This document shows, piece by piece, positions 48,846 to 62,690 of a DNA stretch of 64,000 bases. This DNA is from Octopus sinensis. Taxonomy: Eukaryota. Every line of letters begins with the position of its first letter. Position 1 is the stretch's first letter. Where the stretch lies: NCBI RefSeq assembly GCF_006345805.1, contig NC_042997.1:12338001-12402000 (forward strand). The letters are read 5' to 3'. A model generated the notes under the pieces. The model was not told where the DNA came from. It saw nothing but the letters and a program-made list of their open reading frames with translations, and did no database searches. Made by a program: the position numbers and the translations under genes.

Positions 48846-51740
48846 ACTTTGAATTCATATGGTCAATAAAATAAGTAGTACTCATGTATTAATAACAATT
48901 TAACCGATTGATCCTGGGTATGTACAAATATTACAAATATTGGATTCAAGAGGCTATATTTGTAGGGCGTATATCAAATAAGTTACATCAGTTTCACGGT
49001 ATGACTGTTACTGTGAGAAGGAAGCGTAAAATGATTAGTTCAATTATGACGATGGAAATGATTCTGAGTGATAGCGAAAGATAAATACGCATAGAGTCGA
49101 AATCGAATAGTATACCCGATCCTGCACTGATTTAGTATTAACTGTATTTTATTCAATTTTCTCGCCGATAATATAAAAAGGCTTGTGTGTAGTGTGTTCT
49201 TGTGGTTACAGAACTGAGATGACGATTTTAAGGTTGACGGTTCAAAGTCTACGTCGAGCACTGTATCATGTCCTTGAGAATGGCCTTTTATTTCACGTTG
49301 ATCCAGTTTACATAGCTGAAATGAGTACCAGTTGAGTGCTGGTGCTGCCTTCTCTCTCTTCTGACATTACCTTTCGATGTTTTAACGAGTCAAAAGTGGG
49401 AAGGCGGTGAGGATATTCCTGACTGTTCATGACTACTTAAGCACCTTGAAACAATTCTTTTCTACTCTAGGCACAAGGCCCGATGCACCTTGAAACAATT
49501 AACGAAAGCATGATACATGCTACGAATAACACTTGCTTGCGAGTGACGGCTCAAGATTTCTATAAAAAGGAAAATGTCAAATATTTGGCATTAGTCATTC
49601 GTTTATACACTTTCTTTATTCTTCTGTTATAAGATAGAAACAACCGATTAATTAAAAGCTCCTGGAGAACCAAATAGATGATCCTGTTTTAATTCTCAGT
49701 TACTGAAAAGGGCATTTTATTTTAATATCTAGATTGTTTTGTTAACGCATGAACGTCATGACATCACTGCATTTTAAAAGTTTCTGTATATCCGTAACTT
49801 TGTTATTCTATTACAGGAAATCAATAATCTTATTTTGGAATTGAAGTATCGAATCAATATAACATTAATCAGAATTTGAAACTTGGACTTTAAGGTAAAG
49901 ATATATCCGGGAATTTATCAATGAGCTGCTGAGTTTGATATAATGACCTGCAATCTATACAGTGAATTCCCAACCGAACGTTTAGATAGATTTAACAACA
50001 ACTGGAAGGCCTTAAAATCAGTGGAACTGTCATTAATTCAGATCAAAGAACATTGCCCAACTAACCTAAGGGAATGCCGATCGTAACAAGAAAATGCTCT
50101 GTGATAATGCCGCTTGCTACAACTCACTTCCTTACAACAAAGAATAGCTATTCGTCGTCTCTTTTATACTTAAAATGATTTCCTGATTCTGCTTCTCATC
50201 ATGAAAAAGTATGAATTGAACACCTGCGGATATTTCTTCTATACTGTTCGCTGCGTTGTTAGAAAATCGCCAAACTACAAACTAATATCAATATTATTGT
50301 GTATAACTAGATTTTGCGTTTTGCATTTTTTCATGGTTGTGAAGGTTAGAAAGTGTATATCAAGAATCATCTATCATTAATATTATGTCATGAAAAAATG
50401 CTTACAAAGATAAAATAACGCTTCCGATTTCCAGCGGAAACGAAAACTATTGAAAGATGATATGCATATCTTTCACAAATACATTAGCAATGAATGGCAG
50501 CGAAGAAGATTTAAACTCGATCACAGATTCAGTTCTCTCAGAGTTTGCCTCTACCCAACAAATAGTGAAAGCTTCTCTAATCCCATATCGTCAAATGGAC
50601 CACCAAATAACATACCTTCGGAAATCAATCTAATGCAGTCCATTCTAATTTTTGTTATTGATAATGGTTTGCAATTTCGGGTAAAAAAATAAAACGAAAT
50701 GGCTCATTCAATGACAGAGCTTACCGCAATTTCTCCCTGGTCAAAGCTATTTTAATTACCTTTTTTATGATTGATTACACTCGAGAGTGAAACACTAATC
50801 AGGAGATTTTGAGATGGTCAATTGTGATCGATACTATATATCTTGTATTCTCTGCAGGATATTATTTTGCGTCACGTGACCGTTTGCAGTCTTCTGAATC
50901 CCGTTCCTAATTCATTTCAAATTAGGTGTGACGGTCATTTACCTTCACACCATTTGCGGGTGTCAATACTGTATACCCTATTTCTAACTCTTCCTTCCAC
51001 TCCACTCATACGCATACATGCATGGGGTGTATCCATATTACCTTGCTTCACTATTATCTAAGCATTTAGGGGCATATAGCGGACGTTAAATGGAATTATG
51101 TAATATTCATAGTCAGACAATTCGTGTGAAGGAAAATGACCATCACACCTAATTTGAAATGAATGGCCACAGTGAAATGACTGAAACATGTAAAAGAATA
51201 AAAGAATAAAAGAATATATATATATATACATACATATAGACATACTGCTGAATATGAGGTACTATAGAACCCGTTAATCGCCATTTCCATTCTCCAATCC
51301 ATTTCCACCGGCAGCTTTGGCGAGTGTCGTCATGTATAACACCACGTCACCTCTGACATCCGCCTTCACCGGGAAGAATGACTGATTATCTACTTCGAGA
51401 ACCTCCCATTTGTGGGTGTCGATAATAAATAACTTATTTCTAACTCTTCCTTCCCCCGCCCCCCACATTGATGAACGTACATTCATATCTTCCACGCACT
51501 CATAGAAAATAACACATGTTGTTATATCAATAACACACACCCTTGCTCACATGCATGCACGGGATATATGCATTAATATATTAATTATTACCCCTTGCCT
51601 CACTGTTATCTAAGCATTTATCTCCCACTCACACACACACGTAATGACGAACACTCTCCCACACAACCATTTATACATACTTATTTGTCATTACGTCCTT
51701 TTCTGCCATAAGTGACCATATAAGTCCGCCATTGTTTCTC

Positions 51741-52163
51741 TTACTCTTTTACTCTTTTACTTGTTTCAGTCATTTGACTGCGGCCATGCTGGAGCACCGC
51801 CTTTAGTCGAGCAAATCGACCCCGGGACTTATTCTTTTTGTAAGCCCAGTACTTATTCTATCGGTCTCTTTTTGCCGAACCGCTAAGTAACGGGGACTTA
51901 AACACACCAGCATCGGTTGTCAAGCAATGCTAGGGGGACAAACACACATACACATACATATATACATATATATACATATATACATATATATACATATATA
52001 CGACAGGCTTCTTTCAGTTTCCGTCTACCAAATCCACTCACAAGGCATTGGTCGGCCCGGGGCTATAGCAGAAGACACCTGCCCAAAATGCCACGCAGTG
52101 GGACTGAACCCGGAACCATGTGGTTGGTTAGCAAGCTACTTACCACACAGCCACTCCTGCGCC
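51741..52163 (-). mobile_element. SINE family A
   Basis: Near-consensus full copy. Confidence 0.9.
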
Positions 52164-52717
52164 ATATATATTGCTTTAAAATCCCCCACATTTTCCTCCT
52201 TTCTCAGATATCTTATCTGTTTATCTGTTTGTCAAACTGACGGAGAGCGAATTGTCCTTTGCTAACTCATCCTTTTCTTGGAGACTTAGTGTTATTTGTT
52301 GCCGTTGTTTTTGGCGGTCTATTTTCCTCGTTATTTACTTCCCGCATAAAATAGCAGAATGCTATAGACTGCAAACAGCCAGCTGAGTGATCGGTAGTTT
52401 TTATGGTTATGTTTTAGTAATTCTGTGATTAACAGACAGAATTCTCAGATGCTACAGTCAACCTAACTACAAATAGAGTCCCTGATGTTGTTATAGCTTA
52501 CCACCAAGTCAGTTATGCTCAAGCAGACCTATGATCAAAAACATTCCCGGCAAAGCCATCTTGGCGCTTGCCTGATAAACTGTATATCGAAGTAGATTAT
52601 CCAATGAATCCCGTCTTTGTTTAACACGGTATAACTATTATTTCAGAGAGAGAGAGAGAGAGAGAGAAAGGGAGAGAGAGAGAGAGAGAGAGCATGAGAG
52701 AGAGAGAGAGAGAGAGG

Positions 52718-52794
<77 letters not shown>

Positions 52795-53431
52795 AGCGAG
52801 AAAGGGAAAGAAAGATTGGGCTGTTGTTTCTAGCAAGTTGAGTGAGTGAGGAGATGCCCCCCACCATTGGCTTGTAGGGTTTTCTAATGTAAAAATATAT
52901 AAATGTTTTCTACGAAATAAATTCAATCGTCAAAGTTTTTCAATGAATAATGTAGGGTAAATAAACGTTTCAAGGCAAAACGAAAGAAAAAATACATCCC
53001 TTCTCATGTCTCAGTTATTGCTGTTTTGTCATTGTGCACTGGGATATTAGATTACACTTTTGTATAGTGGTATTAAAAGACATTAGGTCGCAAAGTCTAT
53101 ATCTTGCATCCTTTACGTCACTCGCGAGCAAGATTTCATAGAATCCACGCTGCATTTTCTAATTGTTTTAGGCAATGTCTAACAGGCGTAGACACTCTCA
53201 CGGTTTCCTTAACCTGAACTCAGTCGGGCAACCAGATTGTGACTACAGGAGAGAAAGCCGTATCAGTACTCAGCTACTACGCATTACAGCCGAAAAGACT
53301 GGAGTTATATGGAGTTATATGCTTTTCTAACGAATTAAACACGCCATCAAGTCCTGCAATCGAATCCATGATTTTATAATCAAGAGCCTGGCATCTCTAC
53401 CACAAATGACTTCTAGAATGATATAATATGT

Positions 53432-53870
53432 TAGTTAGTTAGTTAGTTAATTTGGTTCAAAAGCAAATAGCAAGGCCATGTAGGGGGACATGGAGTTAAG
53501 TACAGGGTGGTGTTCATGTAAAGAGTTCAGGCCACTTGAGGCCCAGGGAGGCTTTGAACAAAGCGGTCGTCGGCATCTTCACCATCTCGTCTGGCAGCTT
53601 GTTCCACGGATCCGCAACCCGGACGGAGAAAGCTCCTCTCCTTCGATTGAGATGAAATCGTCGCAGGTAGAGCTTTTCGGAATGACCCCGCAGCCGACGC
53701 TCTGGAGCAGGAGTGAAGAACAGCTCTTTCGAGAGGTTATACTTTCCGCTTATGATGTTGTGGGCGAGAATGAGATCACCACGGCGGCGGCGTTTTTCAA
53801 GAGAATAAAGGTCGAGCGTCCTCAGCCTTTCTTCGTAGGACAAATTTTTGCATGTAATACAAATCATTAC
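53432..53870 (-). mobile_element. 5'-truncated CR1-clade LINE 3' end with (TAAC)n tail
   Basis: Peptide LSYEERLRTLDLYSLEKRRRRGDLI..RGHSEKL..RRGAFSVRVADPWNKLP..FKASL is the characteristic CR1 ORF2 C-terminus. Confidence 0.9.
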
Positions 53871-53944
53871 ATTTCGAATTCACAATATTTGCCAGCTTAT
53901 GCCTCAGTTACAAATAAATATGATTGTGTATGTGGCAGATCTCT

Positions 53945-54174
53945 TTTAGTCTTTTACTTGTTTCAGTTATTTTACTGCGGCCACGCTAGAGTACCACCTT
54001 TAGTCAAGCAAATCAACCCCAGGACTTACTCTTTGGAAGCCTAGGACTTATTCTATCGGACCTTTTTTGGTGAACCGCTAAGTTACGGGGACATAAACAC
54101 ACCACCAATGGTGGGGGCATCTCCTCACTCACTCAGCTTGCTAGAAACAACAGCCCAATTTTTCTTTCCCTTTC

Positions 54175-54206
<32 letters not shown>

Positions 54207-54295
54207 GCTCTCACTCTCTCGGTCTCTTTCTCTCTCTCATTCTCTCTCTCTCTCGGTTGTGAAGTGATGTTGGGGGGATAAACATAGACACACAA

Positions 54296-54372
<77 letters not shown>

Positions 54373-54540
54373 CATACATACGACGAGCTTCTTTCAGTTT
54401 CCGTCTACCAAATCCACTCACAAGGCTTTGGTCGGCCCGTGGCTATAGTAGAAGACATTTGCCCAAGGTGCCACGCAGTGGGAATGAACAATGTGGTTCG
54501 TAAGCAAGCTACTTACCACACTGCCACTCCTTCGCCTATA
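53945..54540 (-). mobile_element. SINE family A, interrupted
   Basis: 5' half at 54255-54540 and 3' half at 53945-54110. The intervening piece matches 52800-52870. Confidence 0.7.
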
Positions 54541-55624
54541 ACAGAGAATTATTTAATGACGTGTTTTTATCTTCAAATTTTGTGAGTAACGGCATTGTCT
54601 TTCATCATTTCGGTGTCAACAAAATAAGGAAGCACCAAGTACTAACATTGATTTAATCGACTATTTCGTCAATCCGCGTGTATATACACTTTTGACAATG
54701 TTAGAAGCAAATACTATTTTATTGTTGTAGTTGGGAGGTGCGCTGGCAGTATCGGCTGAGTGTCTGAAAAATTGCTTTGGAGGATTTATTCCGTCCTTTT
54801 GCGTTCTCAGTTCAAATCCATCCGAAGTCGTCTGTATTTTTATGCTTGCGGATCCGATAAAATAAAGTACCAGACAAATATTGGGGTCAGCTCACACGCT
54901 GCGCTCAAAATTGCAGCCTTAGGCCTAAATCAGACACATTTATATTATTTCTGTTCAACTCTAAATCAGTCTTATGAAGGTATATCATTGGTAAAATGCT
55001 TCGATCTATGATCATGTCATCTTTGATTCTGCTAAAGAATATTTTCAACTATGTTATTAAAGGTGTTTTTTTTTTCTGCTTCAAAACAAGCTAGAGCGGG
55101 TAATTTAAAGGCATTTTGACTAACATTTCTAGCAAAATGAATGACCTTGGTAGACGTACACTGAAATATCATGTTTATGGATAACAGATACATTAATAGA
55201 CAGGGTTTTCGACTGGGAGTTATAACAGAATTTAATTACCTCTGTGTGTGTTGAAAATTTAAAATCCTATTCTGGTCAATTTTGAATTCCAGACATTCAA
55301 AGCTAGCGAAATGAATACACGTAAGATACTGTTCTCGACCAATAGATTTCAAACCAGAAGTTGAGAAACCTCGGCAATCATCAGAAAAAAAAAAAAACTG
55401 AGTGTTAGTATGGCCTCACTATTCCTCCACAGCTTTAAGATTCTTGAAACCATTGCCTTTCTTGATATCTCTAATCTTATATGCCATTTATTGCTTAAAT
55501 ATCATTTGGGTTCTCTTTGTCTTTCAAAACTTCTAGGAGGACAATATTTAGAAAATGAACAACAAAGTAAGTAATAAATCCATTTTAACCTGTTATATCC
55601 AACAATGAAATAAATCAAAACAAA

Positions 55625-56395
55625 ATCGACCTCGGCGGAATTTGAACTCAGAACGTTAAGGCAGACGAAATACGGCTACGCATTTCGCCCGGCGTGCTAA
55701 CGTTTCTGCCAGCTCGCCGCTTAAACAAGAGTAGTAGCAGTAGTAGTCGTAGTCGTAGTAGTAGTAGTAATCCTTTCTGCTATAGGCACAAGGCTTGAAA
55801 TTTACGGGGTGGAGTCTAATCGGTTACACCAACCCCAGCGATTAACTGGTACTTATTAAATCGACCCCGAAAGGATGAAAGGCAAAGTCGACCTCGGCAA
55901 AATTTGAACTCAGAACGTAGCGGCAGACGAAATATTGCTAAGCATTTCGCCCGGCGTGCTAACGTTTCTGCCAGCTCGCCGCTTTTATTACTTCTATTAT
56001 AGGTACAAGGCCTTGAAAACAATTTTTTGGAGGGGAGAAGGGGCTAGTCGATTACGTCGAGCCCTGTGCGTAACTGATACTTATTTAATCAACCCCGAAA
56101 GGATGAAAGACAAAGTCGACCTCGGCGGAATTTGAACTTAGGACGTAAACACAGACGAAATACCTATTTCTTTACTACCCACAAGGGGCTAAACACAGAG
56201 GGGACAAACAAGGACAGACATAGGTATTAAGTCGATTACATCGACCCCAGTACGTAACTGGTACTTAATTTATCGACCCCGAAAGGATGAAAGGCAAAGT
56301 CGACCGCGGCGGAATTTGAACTCACAACGTAACGCAGACGAAATACCGCTAAACCTTTCGCCCGGCGTGCTAATGTTTCCGCCAGCTCGCCGCCT
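55625..56395 (-). mobile_element. Cluster of family B SINEs, including a dimer (56000-56395)
   Basis: Three to four reverse-complement family B bodies. Confidence 0.85.
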
Positions 56396-56408
56396 TAACA
56401 ACAACACC

Positions 56409-56455
<47 letters not shown>

Positions 56456-56799
56456 CAACAACAACAACAACAATAATAATAATAATAACAATAATAATAA
56501 TAATAATAATAAATAGAAATCAATAATATATCAAGAAACCAAAAGAAATTGAAATTTTCTGAAAATTCATTGTTCATTGCATGTGTAGTTATGTGTAAGT
56601 GTGAGTGTGCATATGAATAGTATAATGCATGTATTTATGTGTATATGAATTATGGATATGTGTGAGTGCGTGTAATGTATAAATGGCGAAATATGTAGGT
56701 GTGTGACTTCCTGCTTCTGTATATAGGTTATGTACATTTGCTGTTTACGTCTTGCCAACAATTGACTTGACCAGATTTTGTAACACCGTTCGTAGGTGC

Positions 56800-56843
<44 letters not shown>

Positions 56844-56907
56844 ATGTGTATGTGTACTTGTGTTTGTGATTATATATATATATACATATATATATATACA
56901 TATATAT

Positions 56908-56961
<54 letters not shown>

Positions 56962-58039
56962 TGTAATAATACGCACATATATGCACATATTAATATATAT
57001 TTGGGTACAAACACACACACAGACACACACATATATATATACATACATATATGTGTGTGTGTATGTGTATATCTATATATACATGTGTGTGTTTGTGTGT
57101 GTGTGTGTGTATGAGCGCGTGTAATATTAGTTTTAAAATTTAATAATTTAACAATTCACAAAATTGCTTTGAATTCATTCTCTTTTCTCTCCCCCCCCCC
57201 TTGCCTGCAATATTATTTATTTGGGTTCTCTTTTCTATGTATATTTTTTTCTTAAATTCTCTAAATTTGAATTAGTCCTATAAGGTTTTGATTACCAACA
57301 ACATGGTCTCCAATACAATTTTTGCTGCCGTTTGTTTATATTAATGTTTTTGTTTGTTAATTTATTGTCGTTTTTCTTTTACAAGATTTTTTTTCTATAG
57401 AATATAAACAGCTAGCTCGTTTTATGACTGATATCCTAGGGTATAGCTTCAATTATACAACTATTCATTTGCTTAATAGTATCTATCCTCTCTCATGTCA
57501 TTTGCCCAACGGCAGGAAAACGGGCAACAGACCTCACACGAAGACAGAAGTTTTTGCACGTTGAAAAGAAAAACAACCAAACACACCAACGATAAACAAC
57601 AACAGCCACAACTAACAACAACAGCAACAGCAAGAAGAACAGAAATAAGAAACGCAACATGAAAATTAGACGCACAACAAGTCTACTAGAGTTAAGAAAC
57701 TATGATGATGGCAAAGTTCATCCAAATCGTACAGCAACAGCAGCAGTCTGTTAAATAGGAAAAGTTTTATACAAAATAAAAGAAAAATACATCTGACTAA
57801 AAGCAGCCTGTTATTACAGAGCAGCAAGAGCTAAGGAAAAGAAAAAAAAAACGGCAATAACAACTGTTTCGTTTCGTTTCAATTTTTAAATTCCATTCTA
57901 ATTAATGCTTTATGCATTCTAATAAAATTTTCCTTGATATTAATGCCACAATAGTGATTAATACGCATACGTACAGACATGCCATTATATTTTCATTCAG
58001 ACGTAAGTACACTAATATATATATGTTGATTTCAAATTT

Positions 58040-58230
58040 TGGTATAGAGCCAACAATTTTGGGGAGGGATTAAATCGATTACGTATACCGCAGTACTCAA
58101 CTGGTAGGCTTGTTATCGACCCCGAAAGAAAAAGTCGACCTCGGCGGAATTTGAACTGAGAAAGGGAAGACCGACTAAGTGCTGCAAAGTATTTTACCCG
58201 GCGCCTTAACGATTCTACCAGCTCGTCGGC
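58040..58230 (-). mobile_element. SINE family B, degenerate
   Basis: gaccccgaaag..aagtcgacctcggcggaatttgaact..ccagctcg. Confidence 0.7.
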
Positions 58231-58267
58231 CTAGTAAATACACAGACATAAATATGTTATTAGTATA

Positions 58268-58473
58268 ACAAAATATTACATTCTTATATCAGCCAATTTA
58301 CTAGTTGATTTCCTACTAGGAGTTGAGAAAACGCTGGTAATCATCGGAAAAGGCTGATAGGAATAGTAAGGCCATACTAACATCTCAGTTTTTTCTGATG
58401 ATTGCCGAGGTTTTCTCACCTTCTGGTATGAGATCTATTTGTTAATTGGCTGATATGAAAATAAAATATTGTG
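58268..58473. mobile_element. MITE-like imperfect palindrome
   Basis: atatcagccaatt / aattggctgatat ends with further inverted similarity inward. A related half copy lies at 55330-55430. Confidence 0.55.
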
Positions 58474-58865
58474 TTTTATAAGTAATATGTAGGTAACTGC
58501 TATATATATATATATATATATTGTGTGTGTGTATAAGCGAGTAACTTCAATGCAACAGCAGCTGACGAAGTGAATTATCACCGAAACTGTCGCACTGGGC
58601 AACTTGTGGTAAATATTTTATGTATTTGATGTATCTGAGGTCGATTTTTCCTTATCTCACATAGACGCCATCTCATAGTACCTATATCATTTCGAATAAT
58701 TGTGCACTCTGAGTGTTAATTATTCTCGTTTAAATGAAGATACAGTGCATTACCTAAGCTCATGTGCGGCGATCTATTATACTTACTCATACACACGCAC
58801 ATACACACATATATAGCGGCCTCTCTGTTACATTTCCCACGTCTCTCTCTGTCTGTCTCTGTCTG

Positions 58866-58906
<41 letters not shown>

Positions 58907-59696
58907 GTGATTATTTCTTATTCTGGTCTCTTCTTTTCACTGTCAAAACTGGATTAAGCATTGAACAAAATAAATCCCTGCTTAAGGTAACGATAGAAGG
59001 GGACACCGCAGGGTTCTCCAGTGCGTATTTTACCTTGATGCATATTGTGCAGCGAAATTAAAGCTCCCACAGTCTTTTAAGGAAATAAAAAAAAAAGGTG
59101 TTGAAAATTTGCATTCTTCTTTGTTGCCCTAGTTACAAATACGAGGTAAGTCTTCTGTTTATATTACTGCTGTTTTCTGTGAAATAGATAAAATTGTAAT
59201 CAGGTTATGATTAATATAGCCGTGGAGTCTAACCTGGGGGGATGGCCTCTGGAAGAAATTTGAATTTTTAATCTATTATTTCACATCCAACACTTATTGT
59301 GGCTTAATGTCTTGTCAGATAAACAATGAAAATGTTGAGAGGGAAGCTTTGTTGAGTTGTGCTTCGAGCATCAACTGCCCTTAATCCGGCCCTGTTCGTA
59401 GTTACCCATCCACTCCTACTGCTGATAAACATTCACACATGTGCACACACGTATTTTCATACACATTCGCGTACATACACATGAAATGCACAAAATATAC
59501 AGATATATTATACAGATAGACACAAGTTCACACATCCAAATATTTACACCAATTCACACGTACATGCAGCACATATACACATTTATACATCAATCTACAA
59601 ATACATTCATATGACACATACATCCACAAACATTCATATCCTCTGGTGAGTAGACACACAGAAACACAGACACACAGACACATACACACACGCACG

Positions 59697-59736
<40 letters not shown>

Positions 59737-59774
59737 CACTATGAGATAGACAGGTCACTATTATTACTATACTG

Positions 59775-60870
59775 AGGGAAGGCAGCGAGCTGGCGGAATT
59801 ATTAGAGCGCTGGACGAAATGCTTTGCGGCTTTTCGCCAGTCGCTACGTTCAGAGTTGAGATTCCGCCGAGGTCGACTTTGCCTTCCATCCCTTAGGTGT
59901 CGATAAAATAAAAACCAGTGAAACACTGTGGTCGATATAATCGACTAGTCCCAACCCCACAAATCTGAGGCCTTGTGCCTCCAGTAGAAAGGATTACTGT
60001 ACTGAAGGCGGCGAGCTGGCAAAATCGTTAGCAGAGTGGGTAAAATGTTTAGCAGCATTTCGTCCTTCTTCGCATTCTGAGTTCAAATGACACCGAGATC
60101 GACTTTCCCTCTCATCCCTTCGGAGGTCGATAAAATATATACCAATTATGCTGTGGGGGGGTCGATGTAATCGACCTATCCCCTTCCCCAAATTTGCTGG
60201 TATTCTGCCCATTACAATACTGAAGTTGTTGAGCTGGCAGAAAATTTAGCGCCCGCAAAATTTAGCAAGGCAGCGAGATGTCAGAAACGTTAGCACGCCG
60301 GGCGAAATGCTTAGCGGTATTTCGTCTGCCGTTACGTTCTGAGTTCAAATTCCGCCGAGGTCGACTTTGCCTTTTATCCTTTCGGGGTCGATAAATTAAG
60401 TACCAGTTACGCACTGGGGTCGATATAATCGACTTAATACCTTTTCCTGTCCTTGTTTGCCCCCTCTGTGTTTAGCTCTTTGTGGGTAGTAAAGAAATAG
60501 GTATTTCGTCTGCCGTTACGTTCTGGGTTCACATTCCGCCGAGGTCGACTTTGCCTTTCATCCTTTCGGGGTTGATTAAATGAGTACCAGTTATGCACTG
60601 GGCTCGATATAATCGACTTAATCCGTTTGTCTGTCCTTGTTTGTCCTCTCTGTGTTTAGCCCCTTGTGGGTAGTAGAGAAATAGGTATTTCGTCTGCCGT
60701 TACGTTCTGAGTTCAAATGCCGCCGAGGTCGACTTTGCCTTTCATCCTTTCGGGGTCGATTAAATAGGTACCAGTTACGCACTGGGGTCGATATAATCGA
60801 CTTAATCCGTTTGTCTCTCCTTGTTTGTTCCCTCTGTGAGTAGCCCCTTGTGGGCAGTGCAGAAATAAGA
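59775..60870 (+). mobile_element. Cluster of family B SINEs, including a trimer with 184-bp period (60270-60870)
   Basis: Monomers at ~59775 and ~60005, then one head with three bodies restarting at gtatttcgtctgccg (60317, 60501, 60685). Confidence 0.9.
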
Positions 60871-61479
60871 AAATTCAGCGCACCGGAAAACATGCTTGGC
60901 GGCTTTCTTCCGGTCTTTACGCAGCGGGCTAAAAATCTGCCGCGGTTGAATTTGCCTTTCATCCGTTCAGGTTTATAAGACAAAGTACTAGTCAAGTATG
61001 TCACATCAAAATTACTGCTCCTTATGCAAAAGCTAGAAACAATTACCGCACTGTATATATTATCTTGAGATTACTAGTAAATCAACTAGTAATGGCCGCG
61101 AAATTTATTCTAAACCACATCCTATAGTGTTGAAAATTGACAGTTAAGGTATTCCTAAATAAACTATGCATAAAAAAGAATGTAAAAAGGAATCGAGGAT
61201 TGAGCGTTTCATTATATGAATCAAATATTTCAGTCATTGGACTTACATTGTATCCTTTCTTTTAATATTTACTTGTTTTAGGAATTGGAGTTTGGCTATG
61301 CTGGGGCAATGCCATGAAGTGCTTTGTCGGACAAACTGCCCCAGTATTTTTCTTTAAGTCCGGTATTAATTGCATCGCTCTTTTGCCGAACCACAAAGTT
61401 TCAAGGGAGTAAATTACAGAAAACTAGATGTGCAGCAGTAGAGGGGGTAAATATAAACACAAAGCCACACATACTTACA

Positions 61480-61582
<103 letters not shown>

Positions 61583-62271
61583 TTCTCTATATATAGACAC
61601 GTTCACACATACACACACGCATACACACACGCATACACACACACACTCAAACACACGCACGCACGCACACACACACAAACTCGCAACCCCCCCACACACA
61701 CATAGTTCCACTCCGCTAAATCCACTCACAAGGCTTTGGTCGACCCGCAGCTTCAGTAGAAGACACTTACCCAAGTTGTCACGCAATGGGACTGAACCTG
61801 GAACCATATAGTTTGGAAGTAAGCAAGCTTCTTACCACACAGCCATGCCTGCGCCTACACATTCTCTTAAGCACTTGACATTCCTGCAAACTGGTAAACG
61901 GTCACACACGTATACATGCACTTGCATATACGCACATTTGTATACATCATACACATGTATATTGATTTGAAGAGATCGATATATTTCCTGAAATATATCG
62001 ATGGAATGGAACACAGCCGCGCATAAATTATCAAACACACATGCATACTCATATGTAACTACACATGCAAATAGTTAATATACATTCACACACATATGGT
62101 TATATACTTATAAGCTCATGCCCTCACAGAAACACGAACACGATAGCTTTCACATCAAGCATAACTGCTCTAACACACATACACAAACATTGATTTCTCA
62201 GGCTTACACACATACACTCATACACACTCACACACACACACACACATACACATAGAGATTCACCGACAGAT

Positions 62272-62690
62272 AGGCGCAGGAGTGGCTGTGTGGTAAGTAG
62301 CTTGCTAACCAACCACATGGTTCCGGGTTCAGTCCCACTGCGTGGCATCTTGGGCAAGTGTCTTCTGCTACCGCCCCGGGCCGACCAATGCCTTGTGAGT
62401 GGATTTGGTAGACGGAAACTGAAAGAAGCCTGTCGTATGTATATATATATATATAAGTGTGTGTGTATATGTATGTGTGTCTGTGTTTGCCCCCCCTAGC
62501 ATTGCTTGACAACCGATACTGGTGTGTTTACGTCCCCGTCACTTAGCGGTTCGGCAAAAGAGACCGATAGAATAAGTACTGGGCTTACAAAGAATAAGTT
62601 CTGGGGTCGATTTGCTCGACTAAAGGCGGTGCTCCAGCATGGCCGCAGTCAAATGACTGAAACAAGTAAAAGAAAGAGAAAGAGAGAGAG
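62272..62690 (+). mobile_element. SINE family A
   Basis: Near-consensus full copy starting ggcgcaggagtggctgtgtgg. Confidence 0.9.

Noticed and set aside
50900-51170. ~45-bp inverted repeat with nearby short direct repeats
   Set aside because: Probably a decayed MITE fragment, but boundaries and TSD could not be defined.
53490-54044. 184-aa plus-strand ORF
   Set aside because: It is antisense to the CR1 3' fragment and runs into a SINE.
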